From contig CDRNST010000047.1 of the NCBI GenBank assembly GCA_977016875.1, forward strand, positions 1,302,001 to 1,366,000: DNA of 64,000 bases. Direction: 5' to 3'. Below are positions 38,647 through 50,917 of this stretch, piece after piece. A model generated the notes under the pieces. It was not told where the DNA came from. It worked only from the letters and a program-made list of their open reading frames with translations, and ran no database searches. The position numbers and the translations under genes are program-made. The DNA comes from Pavona decussata (lineage: Eukaryota). Each line of letters begins with the position of its first letter. Within the stretch, counting starts at the first letter, position 1.

Positions 38647-41600
38647 GTTTGAGGTTTTCTTCCAATTGTTAGTCATATAGTTGTTTTAGGCCGATATAAG
38701 ACCACTTCTGTGTATAATGGAGGTTATCCAGCACGAAGCTATCAGTCAGAAAAATATGCGTTAAGTTTGCTTTATATTTTACTGCCATAAAAGGATCTTT
38801 CCATTAAATGGAGGCCATACTACGCATCAAAGAAACACTAATTCTCCAAGACCATTGTCAAGCCTACTTGTGGCAATTTTCTCAGTAAAAAGTTACAATT
38901 GTACTCTTTATTTATCTGAACAACACAATAATTAGCGATACAAGCATGTTTCATCGCCTAGTTTCCTAGTTTTCTGATTGTGCTGTTCAAAGCCGCCAAA
39001 TCTTTGTTGGTGTTGTGGTTGTTTAAAGGGGCCTGAAGTCTTTAGGAGAGCCAACTACAATTATTAAATGCAATGGCATAAGTCAAATGACATGTTCATT
39101 CAAGACATGATTTGCCACGGAGCAGAAAATTTATTGCAGTCGGTTAATTTTTCTTTGCTACAACCGACGTATTTTAATAATCTGTCATTCCCAATTTGTT
39201 CTTTGCATGGAGCAACATGAATTTCCTTCCGTAAATTTTGGAGCGAAGGGATAATTACAATCTATATATCTTTGGACCCCATAGTTTGGACAGAAGTGGA
39301 GTCTTTCAAAACTTCATTTCCAGAGCATCACAAAAATTCGCTCTCACTAAACACAAGGTGGTAGCGCTTCGATTGTTAGTGAGTAGTAGTATTCAGTTTC
39401 AAAACGGATCACCTCTCTCGTTCGGTTAAAAACAAGTACCTTGAGAGACTGAAAGGAGTTTAAATAACATTTTAAAGCAACCATAAAATCGTTCTATACA
39501 GCCTATTTCCTAGTTTTCCACTTGGAGTTAAGGCCGATTCAAATTAGAGTCCGAAAAGGTTTGCCACCGTATTTTCCCTGCAGTTGTATAATCAAGTGTC
39601 TGTGGTATTCTTCGCCACTCAAACCGTTCTTTACCTCCCAGTTAGATACAATTAAATTTTAATCCATCAACTGACAACAAAGCGGAACTGTTTGGGAACT
39701 GTTAAAAGATTTTGAAAAGCAAAAGACAGGAGGTATAAAATGGGGACGAAGTTTCAGTTTGAGTGTTGAAATTAAAGAACAAAACAAACCTTTGATAATA
39801 TTAAAACAGATCATATAATTAGAAAGAAGGAGAATTAATTCGCTTGGAAATCCAGCCAATAAGAAATGAAAAGACGCCGAAATACACCTATAAACAATTC
39901 CGGCAATGAAATATTAGTTTAGAAACATACTTCAATAAAAATAGCTGGCTGCTAGACATCATAAGAGGGCAAGCGAAACGAGTTTATGAAAATTATACCT
40001 CAAATTATGGCTGAAGACTGAGGTAGACTGTTTTCAAGCAATTTCTACAAGGTCAAATGACAGGTTTCTATCGAAGCCTAATTCCATTAAACAACTATAA
40101 TTCAGTGTTATTATATCATGTAGAATTGGCCACATTTTAAATAGAATCACCTTTGTTACTGTCGCTTATTACGATACTACGGCAACAAAACGGCAGTGAT
40201 GATCGATGTTTTTACTTTTGGCACTATTACAACGCACGCCAAGGAAGATAACACAGTCAAACGAAAGGCGAGAAAAAGGCAAAATCGCAAAAATATTATA
40301 TTTGGTTAGGTTATTTTATAAACAGGCAACATGTTTGCACATAGCGATGCGATGTTTCGTGAACGTAGCAATAAAACTTTTTGCTTTCATAGATGGCTTC
40401 GTTTTTCACTGTTTGTTTACGCAAGCATCCATTTTTATCTTGCGTCACTAACTCGAATCATGTTCAATGCACGGAATTGATTTATATTTTAGCTTTTCTC
40501 TAAAAATCACCTGAATTTATTTAAAAATAATACAATTTTGGGTATTCTCTTAATGCGTTTAAAAGAGCTGCTCGCCGGCTACGGGCATTAAGGGAATTTT
40601 GCTAAGCAATCACTGACAAGTTACAATCACAGCATCAGTAAATCGTCTGTTATGTTTTGTATTCCACGTATAATGGGAAGGTTCCCAGCATCATAAGGTA
40701 CACTATTTTATCAACCAGGAACTGACGCTAAAATCGATAAGATAAGTAAATTAATAAAATTCCTTTATGCCTTTCCCTTCCATTCTAACATGTACAATGG
40801 CCGTAATATGCTCGCTTGCCTGAGCTCGGTTTACTGGGCAAAGAATCAAGACTACCACAGTTGGACCAAAATGGCCATGAGCACAGGCTCATAGCCGCTT
40901 TTATTCAAGCATCAGGCCGCCATATTTGTTTGAAGTTGGCAGAAACAAAACGACTGGGACTAGAATATTTGAAGCAAAGTTTTCTCGTAATTCCTTATAC
41001 TACTGCACATAGGTCACTTAAATTATTTCTGGAGACTACCTTAGCCTAATTTACAGAGCTAAATTCTGAATGTATTTATTACAGCTTCTGATGCTTACTA
41101 ATGACAACAAGTGAACTAAGGTCTAGTGGTTCAATAACAGGCCTAGATCTAAACCATTTTACTCAGCTATTAAAATATTTGATCCGAATGTGCAGCAGCA
41201 CGACTTTTAGGGCGACAGTTTCGACAGCAAAGTAACGAGAGGGCTTAGACTTCTTGAACGTAATGCAGAAAGGCCTCTCACTTATAAACCTGTTGGTAGG
41301 GGTTTTAAAGCCACCTCATTTACCTGTAGACAAAAACTAGTGATAAACTTGACAATTTTAGTATTTAGCCAAGCTATATAGCTGCCATGTAAAATAAATA
41401 AACGTTTGAAAGAAACATTCAAAAAATGAACGATCTTTAAAAGGCTTCAGTCTGAACTGATGCTACCAAAGAGAATTCATATCAAAGGTTCTACGAATAA
41501 CAAAGTGATAGGGTGGCACAGTTAGTCTAAGATTGCGACTTGAAAGTTTCCCATTTTTATTTTCCAGTTCAGTGTTGTGTTTGGTGTTTGATCTTTGGGA

Positions 41601-43189
41601 AAAAAAAAAGCAACTGGACACTAACATCGTGTTCAACATTACGTGTTGCTTGAGCTGCAAAGTACATCCAAATGAAGTGCAACACAAAATTATATGATAC
41701 TGAACAATGCGATCAATTCGCTTCAATTGGTTTCCAGTACAGGTGCAAGCATAAGCTCAGCCATAAGCGTTAACTTCAGTCATCTCATGTAAGCGCATTC
41801 CTCAACTACACAAACAAAAACAAATTGAGGATTGGGGCGGGAACAAATACTTCAATACGAGCTTTAAATACCAATGCAAACAATCGCCGAATCTGTTGTT
41901 ATTGTTGTGTTTCAGATATCATATTAGAAGCTCATTACGGTACTTCTGCCCCACAGCATCGGCGCACTCGCACTGCTTTTAATCGTCACCAGTTACGGGT
42001 TCTTGAGGACACGTTTTCTAAGACTCATTACCCGGATTTAGCTTTAAGAGAAGAGCTGGCAAACTTTACTAATCTACCAGAATCAAGAATACAGGTATGT
42101 GATAACTGCCTTGCTTTATTTTGAAGTACTTCTTTGGCTGAACTTTTTTGTCCTTTTTTTACAATGTAAAAATCTGAAAATGATAATGTAACCCGAGAGA
42201 AAAAGTGGCTTCAATTGATATGTGGAACCTAGCAGCTAAAGCTCATTCAGAACTTGAGTGAGACTACTAAATGATATCTATCTAGGATGGAGATAAGTTT
42301 GTAGAAAACACGACCGTAAGACGCGTTTTTTAAAAATGTTGTTGTTTCTTGTTGACAGGAAGTGTTTCTCCATAATTTTGTCAGGATTTTTTCTAGTGCT
42401 ATAAATTAAAGAGAACAATTTTCGCATTCACTACAATGTTAAGGCAAATGAATTTAATACTATATGTTGTGCATATGCTATGCATTCCACTGTCTTATTT
42501 TCCTTTAAAATTATTATAACCTGTCAATAAATAAGCCTTCAAATTTACTTTTTCCAAGCAGCTTGCAACCTGTTTAATACGCCCACGTCTCATCCCAAGA
42601 TGTCATCATTTATGTAATATATCCAACACGAGGAAGATTGTTTATTAAATCTACAAACACCAAGAAGTGGTTGAAAAAACGAGGCGCAGCCCATTTTTTT
42701 AAAAAATTAGGTTCGATATAGCTTCTCAACCATTATATAATAATTCAGTAGAACAAAAGTTCATCAAATTTTGTGATAATTAAGATCACATTTGCAAACC
42801 TTCTTTCCTTTGTTTTCTCTTCATGAATTATTAAATGTTTGAGAAGTTTTGACACTGCCCTTGTGAAGCACTCTAGTCGATTCATAGTTATACTATAAAT
42901 CATTTTTGTCATTGTTTCTTTACAGATTTGGTTTAAAAATAGAAGGGCAAAGTTCAGACGGGTTGGCACAAGTTGTAATTCCTGCACGACATTATCAGTT
43001 CACTATCCAACACACCAAGTATTTTCCTCAGAAATAAACCGGTCGAACGTGTTTTCAAACCACGAAAGACCCGTATCTTGGATGAATCATGCTTACATAC
43101 ATGAGAGTGTGACGCAAAGCAATTTTACTGGTTACCATCATCCAATGCAAGGCTCCGGCGACTATCCTGTTTATGGTGTTTACATATAG
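38463..43189 (+). CDS. Dmbx: Dmbx-like homeobox protein, paralogue C; join(38463..38646,41916..42094,42926..43189), 208 aa
   Basis: MNQEAL...[12 protein letters not shown]...[10 protein letters not shown]|[60 protein letters not shown]|[14 protein letters not shown]...YGVYI*. Exon 3 is absent from the ORF track and was translated by hand; TAG at 43187-43189. Confidence 0.9.
41916..42094 (+). CDS. Dmbx: Dmbx paralogue C exon 2 (179 bp)
   Basis: tttcag|ATATCATATTAGAA ... ATACAG|gtatgt. Confidence 0.93.
42926..43189 (+). CDS. Dmbx: Dmbx paralogue C exon 3
   Basis: ttacag|ATTTGGTTTAAAAATAGAAGGGCAAAG; open for 87 codons to TAG. Confidence 0.9.
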   Translation: MWFKNRRAKFRRVGTSCNSCTTLSVHYPTHQVFSSEINRSNVFSNHERPVSWMNHAYIHESVTQSNFTGYHHPMQGSGDYPVYGVYI

Positions 43190-43938
43190 GCCAATACATT
43201 TGGATCATTTTGCATCTCACATACTCAACAGTACAAATCTAAATGCATGTCGGCCACGACTAAAGCGATTTCAAGGACCCATTTTGGACCTATTAGGATA
43301 TTTTCGTTAGTATTTTATTTTCACAAGCATAGATCGTTTGTTCAGTATGTTGTTATGTTATTAAATGCAAAAAGCAGACAGTTATCGTATAATGTGAAAT
43401 ATAACATTAAGGGAGATAGCGATGAGCCTGAACGACTGTATTAGGTATGTCAAAGTACGTTTCATTATGTACACATAGGTATAGGCATGGATTGACACTG
43501 CACAGCCGTTCTACCTGCTAAAAAAATAAAAACAATGTTGCTCTTACTTATTTAAGTGCGTTTCACTCACACTCCCCCTTCCCCCCAGCTATCCACTGAC
43601 ACCAAGCGATTCTTTCTTGATCAGGGGACACCATATCTACGAAGAAGCTAGTCACAAACATGTGCAGCCAGTGTACGCCTACCCTTTCTATATGCCTGAA
43701 CTACTCGCCAGTGCCGCAACAGCTTTAGATCGAATAGAATGGCGCCCATCTACTGACAATAGTAGGAACCTTACTTCTCATTGGTTGAGAGTAATTAATT
43801 TCGTCTCGATCCTAGGCCGAGTGTAAAAGCGTAAAACTGAAGTGTAAAACAAGACGTCAAGTTGCTCTCTATTTTTTTTTTTTTAACAAACCAGCCTAAA
43901 AAGGGTTATGCTTATGGAGCAAACCCAGCCGCACCCCT

Positions 43939-44250
43939 TACAGCAGGGTTCGTACTCTTTTGAGCTTTTGAAATTTCATGACCTTCCATGACCTTTTCCA
44001 TGACTTCTTCAAGTTTTCCATGACCTAAATTTGACCGTCTTCTTGGAAATCATCCTTTATTTTGGGTACGTTTTTACTATTTTCTTCGCAAAAAAAACCC
44101 CCAATTTATTTTGTACTTTTTAATAAACATCATTTTCTATGACTTTCCATGACCCACAACTAAATTTCATGACTTTCCAGGCCTGAAAAATGAAATTCTT
44201 AAATTCCATGACTTTCCAGGTTTTCCATGACCCGTGCGAACCCTGTACAG
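43939..44250. mobile_element. Non-autonomous DNA transposon with CAGGGTTCG TIRs and 5-bp TSD TACAG
   Basis: TACAG-CAGGGTTCGTAC (43944) ... GTGCGAACCCTG (44245)-TACAG; about 9 internal TTCCATGAC-like repeats. Confidence 0.85.
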
Positions 44251-45114
44251 TGAATTATTAGTGTGGGTGTCAAGGTATGTGGATCCTAAGACTGAACCGA
44301 CCTATCAACAATCTATTACTGGTGAAGACGTCAATGATGTCTTGACAGAAAATGATAAATTGTTTTTTAAATGAGCGTGATATTAAAATGGACCTATTTA
44401 CAGAAGTAAAGCACGCAGCTCACACAGAGCGATAAACGATACAAAACAAAAGATGATAAAGACGTTGAAGATAACAGCTGGAAATATTACATCAGTTGGA
44501 ACAATCAGTCTTGTCTTGCGGCCCGGCACCTTTCAAAAATTATAAGCATCTGACCCAACTGTATAAATATATTATCTCCCCAAGTCTGGGATAACATCTC
44601 ACCTCTTAGCGTTTACTAGTTTGAAATAAATGTCAAATGTGAGAGGAATCCTATGTAAACAGTGCTGGTGCGCTCAGCTAAAAAGAGAATCAAACAGATA
44701 AATAAATGCAGAGACAATTCACTGGAACCAAAGATGTTTGTCGTGTGAAAGATAGTTCGTTACAACCGGTAAGGAAACAGAGCTAGAGAAGACGATTCCA
44801 AAAGAAACGTCAATTGAATTTGAGCTCTGTGTACGTTAAAGTTGATATTATGGTCATTGCATTGAGATCATGCCAGAAAGCAGACAGATTACTGGATAGC
44901 ATTCTCGGTTTACTAGCGGAGAGGATAACTGCTTTAGCATGTGGTGACAAGAAAATTAAGGGGAAGATACTGTAAACTATTACACCTATTACACATTGTG
45001 ATCATTTCGCCACGTTCGCGGAGCGCGGAAAGAAACAGATGAAAAGAAAAGAGGCCGCTTCACAAATGCTAAAAGACATTTTAAGAGACTAAAGAAATTC
45101 AGCTGAACTTTTCA

Positions 45115-45256
45115 ATGGCAGAATCAGCAGATGCACTTCCATTTTCAGTAGCCAACATCTTAAAGGATGATGTACTAAGGGGAGCCAGTGGCAAACAATG
45201 CAAATCTTCTGATTGCAATGCTAGCAAAGCTCTTACTCTCGCTGAACGACTTGCAG
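45115..45256 (+). CDS. Dmbx: Dmbx paralogue D exon 1 (eh1 FSVANIL plus ALTLAERLA)
   Basis: 47 codons + 1 nt; G|gtaagt donor; too short for the ORF track. Confidence 0.9.
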
Positions 45257-48200
45257 GTAAGTTCTGACTCGTTATGTTGGCATTTAGTCACTGACATTAG
45301 CACGCAGCAAAATATTTACATTCCTTTAATAGGATGACTAGGATGGAAAACCTGTTGTTAAAAAGTTACGCGAGTAGAATAGACCGGTATTTTGCTAAAG
45401 TCGTATGGGGGCTGTGCCGCTGATCTCACAAAACGCTTGTAAATCACACAGGTAAAACAATTCTGCTTTTGCCACGCTGATACTGACAGACATCTGACGG
45501 TCATTTTTATCTTGGATTAATTTTTGTTTTGTTTTTTTTCTGAGGAGGATATTTTTGTAGACGTAATACGGTTGAGTCGACCTTCAAGGCAAAATGTAGA
45601 ATAAATCTCAGTTTAAAACTAAAGATTCCTCGCGACTTGTCACCCTCATTCCGGGTTGTATTCAGTAACAATAAAATAAGAACGTTTCAACAATGAGGTA
45701 ATTTCTTAAACATTTGTGGATGTTTCAGTTATTCACAGCTCGGAGAGAAATTATCTGCAACATTTTATCAAGGGACTATGTTTGGTTACATCAAAAAAGG
45801 GGTGCAAGAAAAAATAATCCTAGCTATATTTTATGTCAGACTGGCTTTAAAGCACTGACCTAATTATACTTTTAACTTTGCATAATTATACTTTTAACTT
45901 TGCATGTAGACAGCCTCATCGGGAAATACCCTTTTCAGCGCAAATTCTTTTAGTACAAACAAAAACTCCATTATTTAGTGTCGAACACAAGTTAATGATC
46001 AAAACAGTGATTCAAAAAACTGAAAGAAGGAACCCTTTTAAATCGTGGCAAAATCAGGCTATAAATGTGACAAATGAATCTGTCTTGCGGTTTATGGTTA
46101 AGATCCCTACAGTAACAACAACGTTTTTTAGTATCAGACGACCGCAAACTTGCATTCCATCAGTTTAATTTAGCATGATACCTTCGAGCCTAATCCTCTA
46201 TCATTGTCATAACCACCATATTGTCGCTTGGCATTAAAACCTATTAGCAGAAAGTAAAATCCCATCTACGCATCGCTAATTAAATCTTGTCATTGAGGAC
46301 CTATGGATCAGGATACATTTTGAAAACAGTGATGCGTGATTTGTATCGAGCGCAAGACTCCCCTTCGGGCATGTTGACCACAGTGCATATACTGGGGATG
46401 GTGTCAGTATTATCGTTACCGACTACTTTGAGGCAATCCTGTCAACATTCAATGCTACTAAATCGTAACTTTCTGTTAAAAAACAACCCCTTGAACATGA
46501 CCACTTTACTACTGAAGGGCAATTCTGATGTTCGTTAAACTGTTGAACGCCTGTTTCGAGATGCACACAGTGCAAGAATTAGCTAGCTAACAGCCGACTG
46601 GGAAGCAATTCTGTGATTGTGCTGACAAATGAAGGAAATTATAGTCTTTGCATTATCGGTTTGGAATATTGGAAATTTGCTGTAATACTCCAATTGTCAT
46701 ACAAAGGTTAGGAAACAACCAATCATCTGCCTTTCGAAGCGACTTACGAGTACTTTCCATTGAATCTTAATTTTAGTTAAAAGAAAGAATACATTCGTAA
46801 ACAAAGCATTTTCTAACTTGGAGGAATAAATTCATTGACTGCGTATATAACATTCCTGACCCTATCTACTGTCACATCATAATAAATTGCGTTTGACTCA
46901 CAAAGCTGATAATCTTTTATAAAGCGCTATTTTGCGAGCTTGCTGTACACTTCAAATAGCGTTGTTTAATTGGTTGAACAATTATGCAAAGAACATGCAT
47001 TGGTGATCAACCATTGCGATAAACGCAATTAATCATCATCTGCCACTGAAGCCCGGGGGGTACTCCCTTATAAGAGGCTAATGGGGATGTGCCGCTGGAT
47101 GGGGTCGCATTTTCACGACTGGATTGAGTAGAATGGGGTTGCATTTTCAGTAGAGTTACTAGAATGGGGTCGCACATTTTCGGATTTTTGGGGTAAGAAA
47201 AAAATAAATCAATAGGAAGTGACTTAGTTGGGATCGCGAAAATTACATTTTCCCAAAAAGTGACTAAGATGGGGTCTATAACTGGCCACAAAAAAAGACT
47301 ATAATGGGGCAGGGGCTCTGAGAGGCCAGCGGCACATACCCAGCAAAACTGAGTTCATGTAATAAAATTGCTTAAAAAAGGGCCCAATGACCAAACAAAC
47401 TTAAAAGCGAGGTTTGTAATCCGTAGCGTAAAAACGTAGCTTCCCCAGTGACAGGAAAAAAAAACAAAAAAACAAGCATCAAAGACAACGGTGAGAACGA
47501 AAGAAAAGAGTTGTAATTAGACCTTGTTAGCAAGTGTTTTGAGAGAAGAATTGTCTTCCCAAAATACTTGTTAAAACATTCCTATTGTTATTTCACAAAA
47601 TTATTCTTTTGTTATTTTGGCATGGGTAAAGAGCTAGAGCTAGGACTCTGGTGTTTTATGGTCTCATGGACAGAATCATGAATTTTATAAATAGTTTTTA
47701 AGATCATCCGAAAATACAGTCGCTTGTTGAGAAAGTTGGGTGGCGAACCGAAGAAGGAGAGGGAATAAGCAAAAAATTTGAGAATAGGAATAAAAAAAAA
47801 AAACGTAATTGTCAAAATGAACTTTAACACTCCCACGAGGTTAAGCGATTGAACTACATTTTAAATACATAGCATTGTTGAAAGCTGTTTTTAAATTTTA
47901 CATTTAAAAAACTGCCAGTCCAGTTTGTCACGAGCATGCATCAATGAAACCACAAGAAACGACCTTTTGCCCTGTTACTTTTCGCTATTTCTTAATGTAA
48001 ACTACTTCCATGAATGGTGCTTGTTTTCGCTTTGTTTTGTTTCTTCCTTTTTCACGAGACATGAAATCAGACTAATGCTTCAGTCAGGTGGCTCGAAGGA
48101 AATGGTTAATGGCTACCCTCGCGCAAGTAACCCAAACACGCCAAACCTATATAAGATGCGAAAACGTGAGAAAGTAGCACAACGTTCACTGGGTCTCTTC

Positions 48201-49376
48201 TCAGTGATAGAAATGTTTGGATGAAAGTTATCCAGTAGATATTTTCTGTAAACCAGAAAAACCTTTTTTGATATAACATAAAATCTACAGGATAACCGGT
48301 TTTGTCATACTGCAACTAAAAGAGGTTCAAAAATTTTAGAAGCTTTCCAAATAGTAATGAAAACGGTAGGTAGTTCTTTTTGTAAAGCTGTGCTTCCATC
48401 TTAACCACTATATGGTCAGGATTAGCCTTATTACATTATCTCACAGCAACAGAATCAGAAAAATATTTATACTTGGCCGCATGATCACAACTAAAATTTT
48501 TAGTAATTTTTAACTATTCCCAAAGACTCCACACGAGCCTTCTTAACCTAACTTCATACATTACCCTCTTAGACGTGATCATGGATGCTAAGAACACTGC
48601 TGACGGTGGTGTTCAGAAGCGTCGACGAACACGCACCGCCTTCACTCAGTATCAATTGACAATTCTGGAGAATGTGTTTTCACATACTCACTACCCAGAT
48701 GTGGTAATGCGCGAGCAGTTAACCCTATGGACCCGATTACCAGACTCTACTGTGCAGGTACAATTCTCACTTCAGTACAAAAGCAAAAAAGTGCTTCACG
48801 ATTCGGCGTATGTGCATTAATCAAAATACTCTGTTCTTGAAGTACATGTAAGTGGGATTTTTAACGCCCTAAAATTGACAACAAAGAGAAAAAGTATTTA
48901 GATACATGCACATGCGCCGGGGTGAAACCTTCACTTTAATTCTATGAGTGATCATCGTCGTATTGCCGAGTAATCATTTGACTGGCAATAGCAAAGAGCT
49001 TTAAAAGAAATTGCTATTCATGACAAAAAAATGAGCTGATACTCTAGTTATGCTTGAGAATGATCCTCACGTCCTGGGACTGTTTGAGCTATTCTACTAC
49101 TGTCTTTCCCGGCAGATCTGGTTTAAGAACAGGAGAGCCAAGTTTCGCAAGGAAAAAAGGACTTGTATTCTCAAAGATACCAAAGAAAAGAGTGACGAGG
49201 ATTCAAATAACACAATACCAGTGAGTCCCATTTGCTGTCCACTTCTGTTACCCATATCTGCACTCCAAGGTGCCACACCCATTATTACGGAACAAACACC
49301 AGGGGACAAAATACTCCTTTTCCCTTCAATCTGTCAGCCGTCATCGCCGTTGACCTCCTCTTGGACGCTGGTGTAG
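45115..49376 (+). CDS. Dmbx: Dmbx-like homeobox protein, paralogue D; join(45115..45256,48573..48757,49116..49376), 195 aa
   Basis: [19 protein letters not shown]...[10 protein letters not shown]|[62 protein letters not shown]|[14 protein letters not shown]... In-frame TAA at 45082 precedes the ATG; donors gtaagt and gtacaa. Confidence 0.92.
47052..47352. mobile_element. CCCGGGGGGTACTCCC-type repeat in intron 1 of Dmbx D (3'-truncated)
   Basis: GC-rich island with repeated ATGGGGTCG; terminus resembles those at 12801 and 62874. Confidence 0.55.
48573..48757 (+). CDS. Dmbx: Dmbx paralogue D exon 2 (185 bp)
   Basis: tcttag|ACGTGATCATG ... GTGCAG|gtacaa; two codons longer than in the other paralogues. 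Confidence 0.9.
49116..49376 (+). CDS. Dmbx: Dmbx paralogue D exon 3
   Basis: ggcag|ATCTGGTTTAAGAAC; in frame with track ORF 49050..49376. Confidence 0.9.
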   Translation: MWFKNRRAKFRKEKRTCILKDTKEKSDEDSNNTIPVSPICCPLLLPISALQGATPIITEQTPGDKILLFPSICQPSSPLTSSWTLV

Positions 49377-50751
49377 ACGAAACCCACAACTACATAGGAA
49401 AACTGGAGTTTTAAGAGCCCTTTCAAACTTTCCACATTAAAAATTGTAAAAATATTAAGCTTCGTTGAAATTGTCGGAATTAAATAAATAAATGTAGTAT
49501 AGTTATTCAAGTATGCAAGGCTTTTGTATTTCAAATTATTAAACTATGTAACTCCGCTATGTGAAACTAAAAATTAGTAGTCTTCGTTGAATTTCACTGG
49601 GGAGGCGATGTATTTGCATGCTATGCATGGCTGCTAAAAGATTTTTTATTGGTTCTTGTTATGAAATAATTTATATGCGTTGATTTGTTCAGTTATTTGT
49701 AACCTGTCTATTAAAAATTGTTTTTAGTCTTCTTACAATACGAATAAAGATGGCCAAGACTGAGGGCATGTTGACGGTCTTGTTGTTTAACTATCACACA
49801 AGCAGATCAAAGGGGAAGCAATCACGATACAGTGCTTTTATCCTTTTTTTTGGAATCCCAGAACGACTGGAATTTTTCTATGCTAATCAATAAAAAAAGT
49901 AAATTGTTTTTGCAACAGCAAACTTATTGTTGTCTGAATATACGAGGTTTGACTTCTCCGTAACGAGAGTTATGGTTTTTCAAATTGCTTTACCCTACAA
50001 GGGAAAACCTGCAGTGCAGGAGGTTTTGAGGCGAGCGAAGGATGAGGAGCCGGTTAAAGTCGCAATTTTAAATAAGAGAAAAGCCGATGGTGTTTTAGGG
50101 AAAAACTGCTGATGTTTAGGCTGTTTCCAGATAGCTGAACAGGTCAGCTGATCATGTGAGGTAGGGGAGTAGCATAACAAGACAAAGAAACAAACAACAC
50201 AACACAACAACCTTGCTCACCTGCTCCACTTTTGAGGAGAGATTTGGTCAAGAAACATGATCTTACTTGCACATAAAGAAAAGAATCTAAGGCTCGCCCA
50301 CCAAAATAAAATGAGGTTAGCACTAGTACCTAAAAGAAAGGTTTACGGATTCTGCTTTTTCATTTGAAGCCTACTGTGTGTTAACGGCCGCTTGAATCGT
50401 CTGGTTAGCAGAAGAGCAAAAGTTTTGCAAACCGCGCGGGCCGCTCTTAACAAAAATTTCTGGATGTGCACTGCACCTAGCAAGTCTTTTATCACAAGCA
50501 GCCGTAGTGGCTATGTAGAAACTGTTTCCGACAGGAAAAGGCTTCAAATCAACCACAAAATGATGAATTAGTAGAAATGAGTCCTAACTCAAAGCATCAA
50601 ATATGAGCGATTCCTTCCTATCGCACCCTCGCATTCTTGTCAAAAGCTAGATGCCTTAATTAACATTTAATTTGCCAATAGATTGTTGTTGTTGTGTTGT
50701 TGTTTTTTCCTGAAACAAATTATGGTTTTGCCTTCTGTCCCTTCTGGGCAC

Positions 50752-50917
50752 CAGGGACTCGTTTCTTGAAAGCCCCGATAAGTTTTTGAGTATTAATCAA
50801 ATCCGTTTATTATAATTGGTAAAATGACTTTCAAAAGCAGTAGGGTGAATTCATTTTTAGGTAAATTATGCACAAAAAAGTGTTTTCGGGCTGGACTTTC
50901 AAGAAACGTGCCCCCAG
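50752..50917. mobile_element. MITE, third member of the CAG-flanked GGG...CCC TIR family
   Basis: CAG-GGACTCGTTTCTTGAAAG ... CTTTCAAGAAACGTGCCCC-CAG. Confidence 0.7.
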
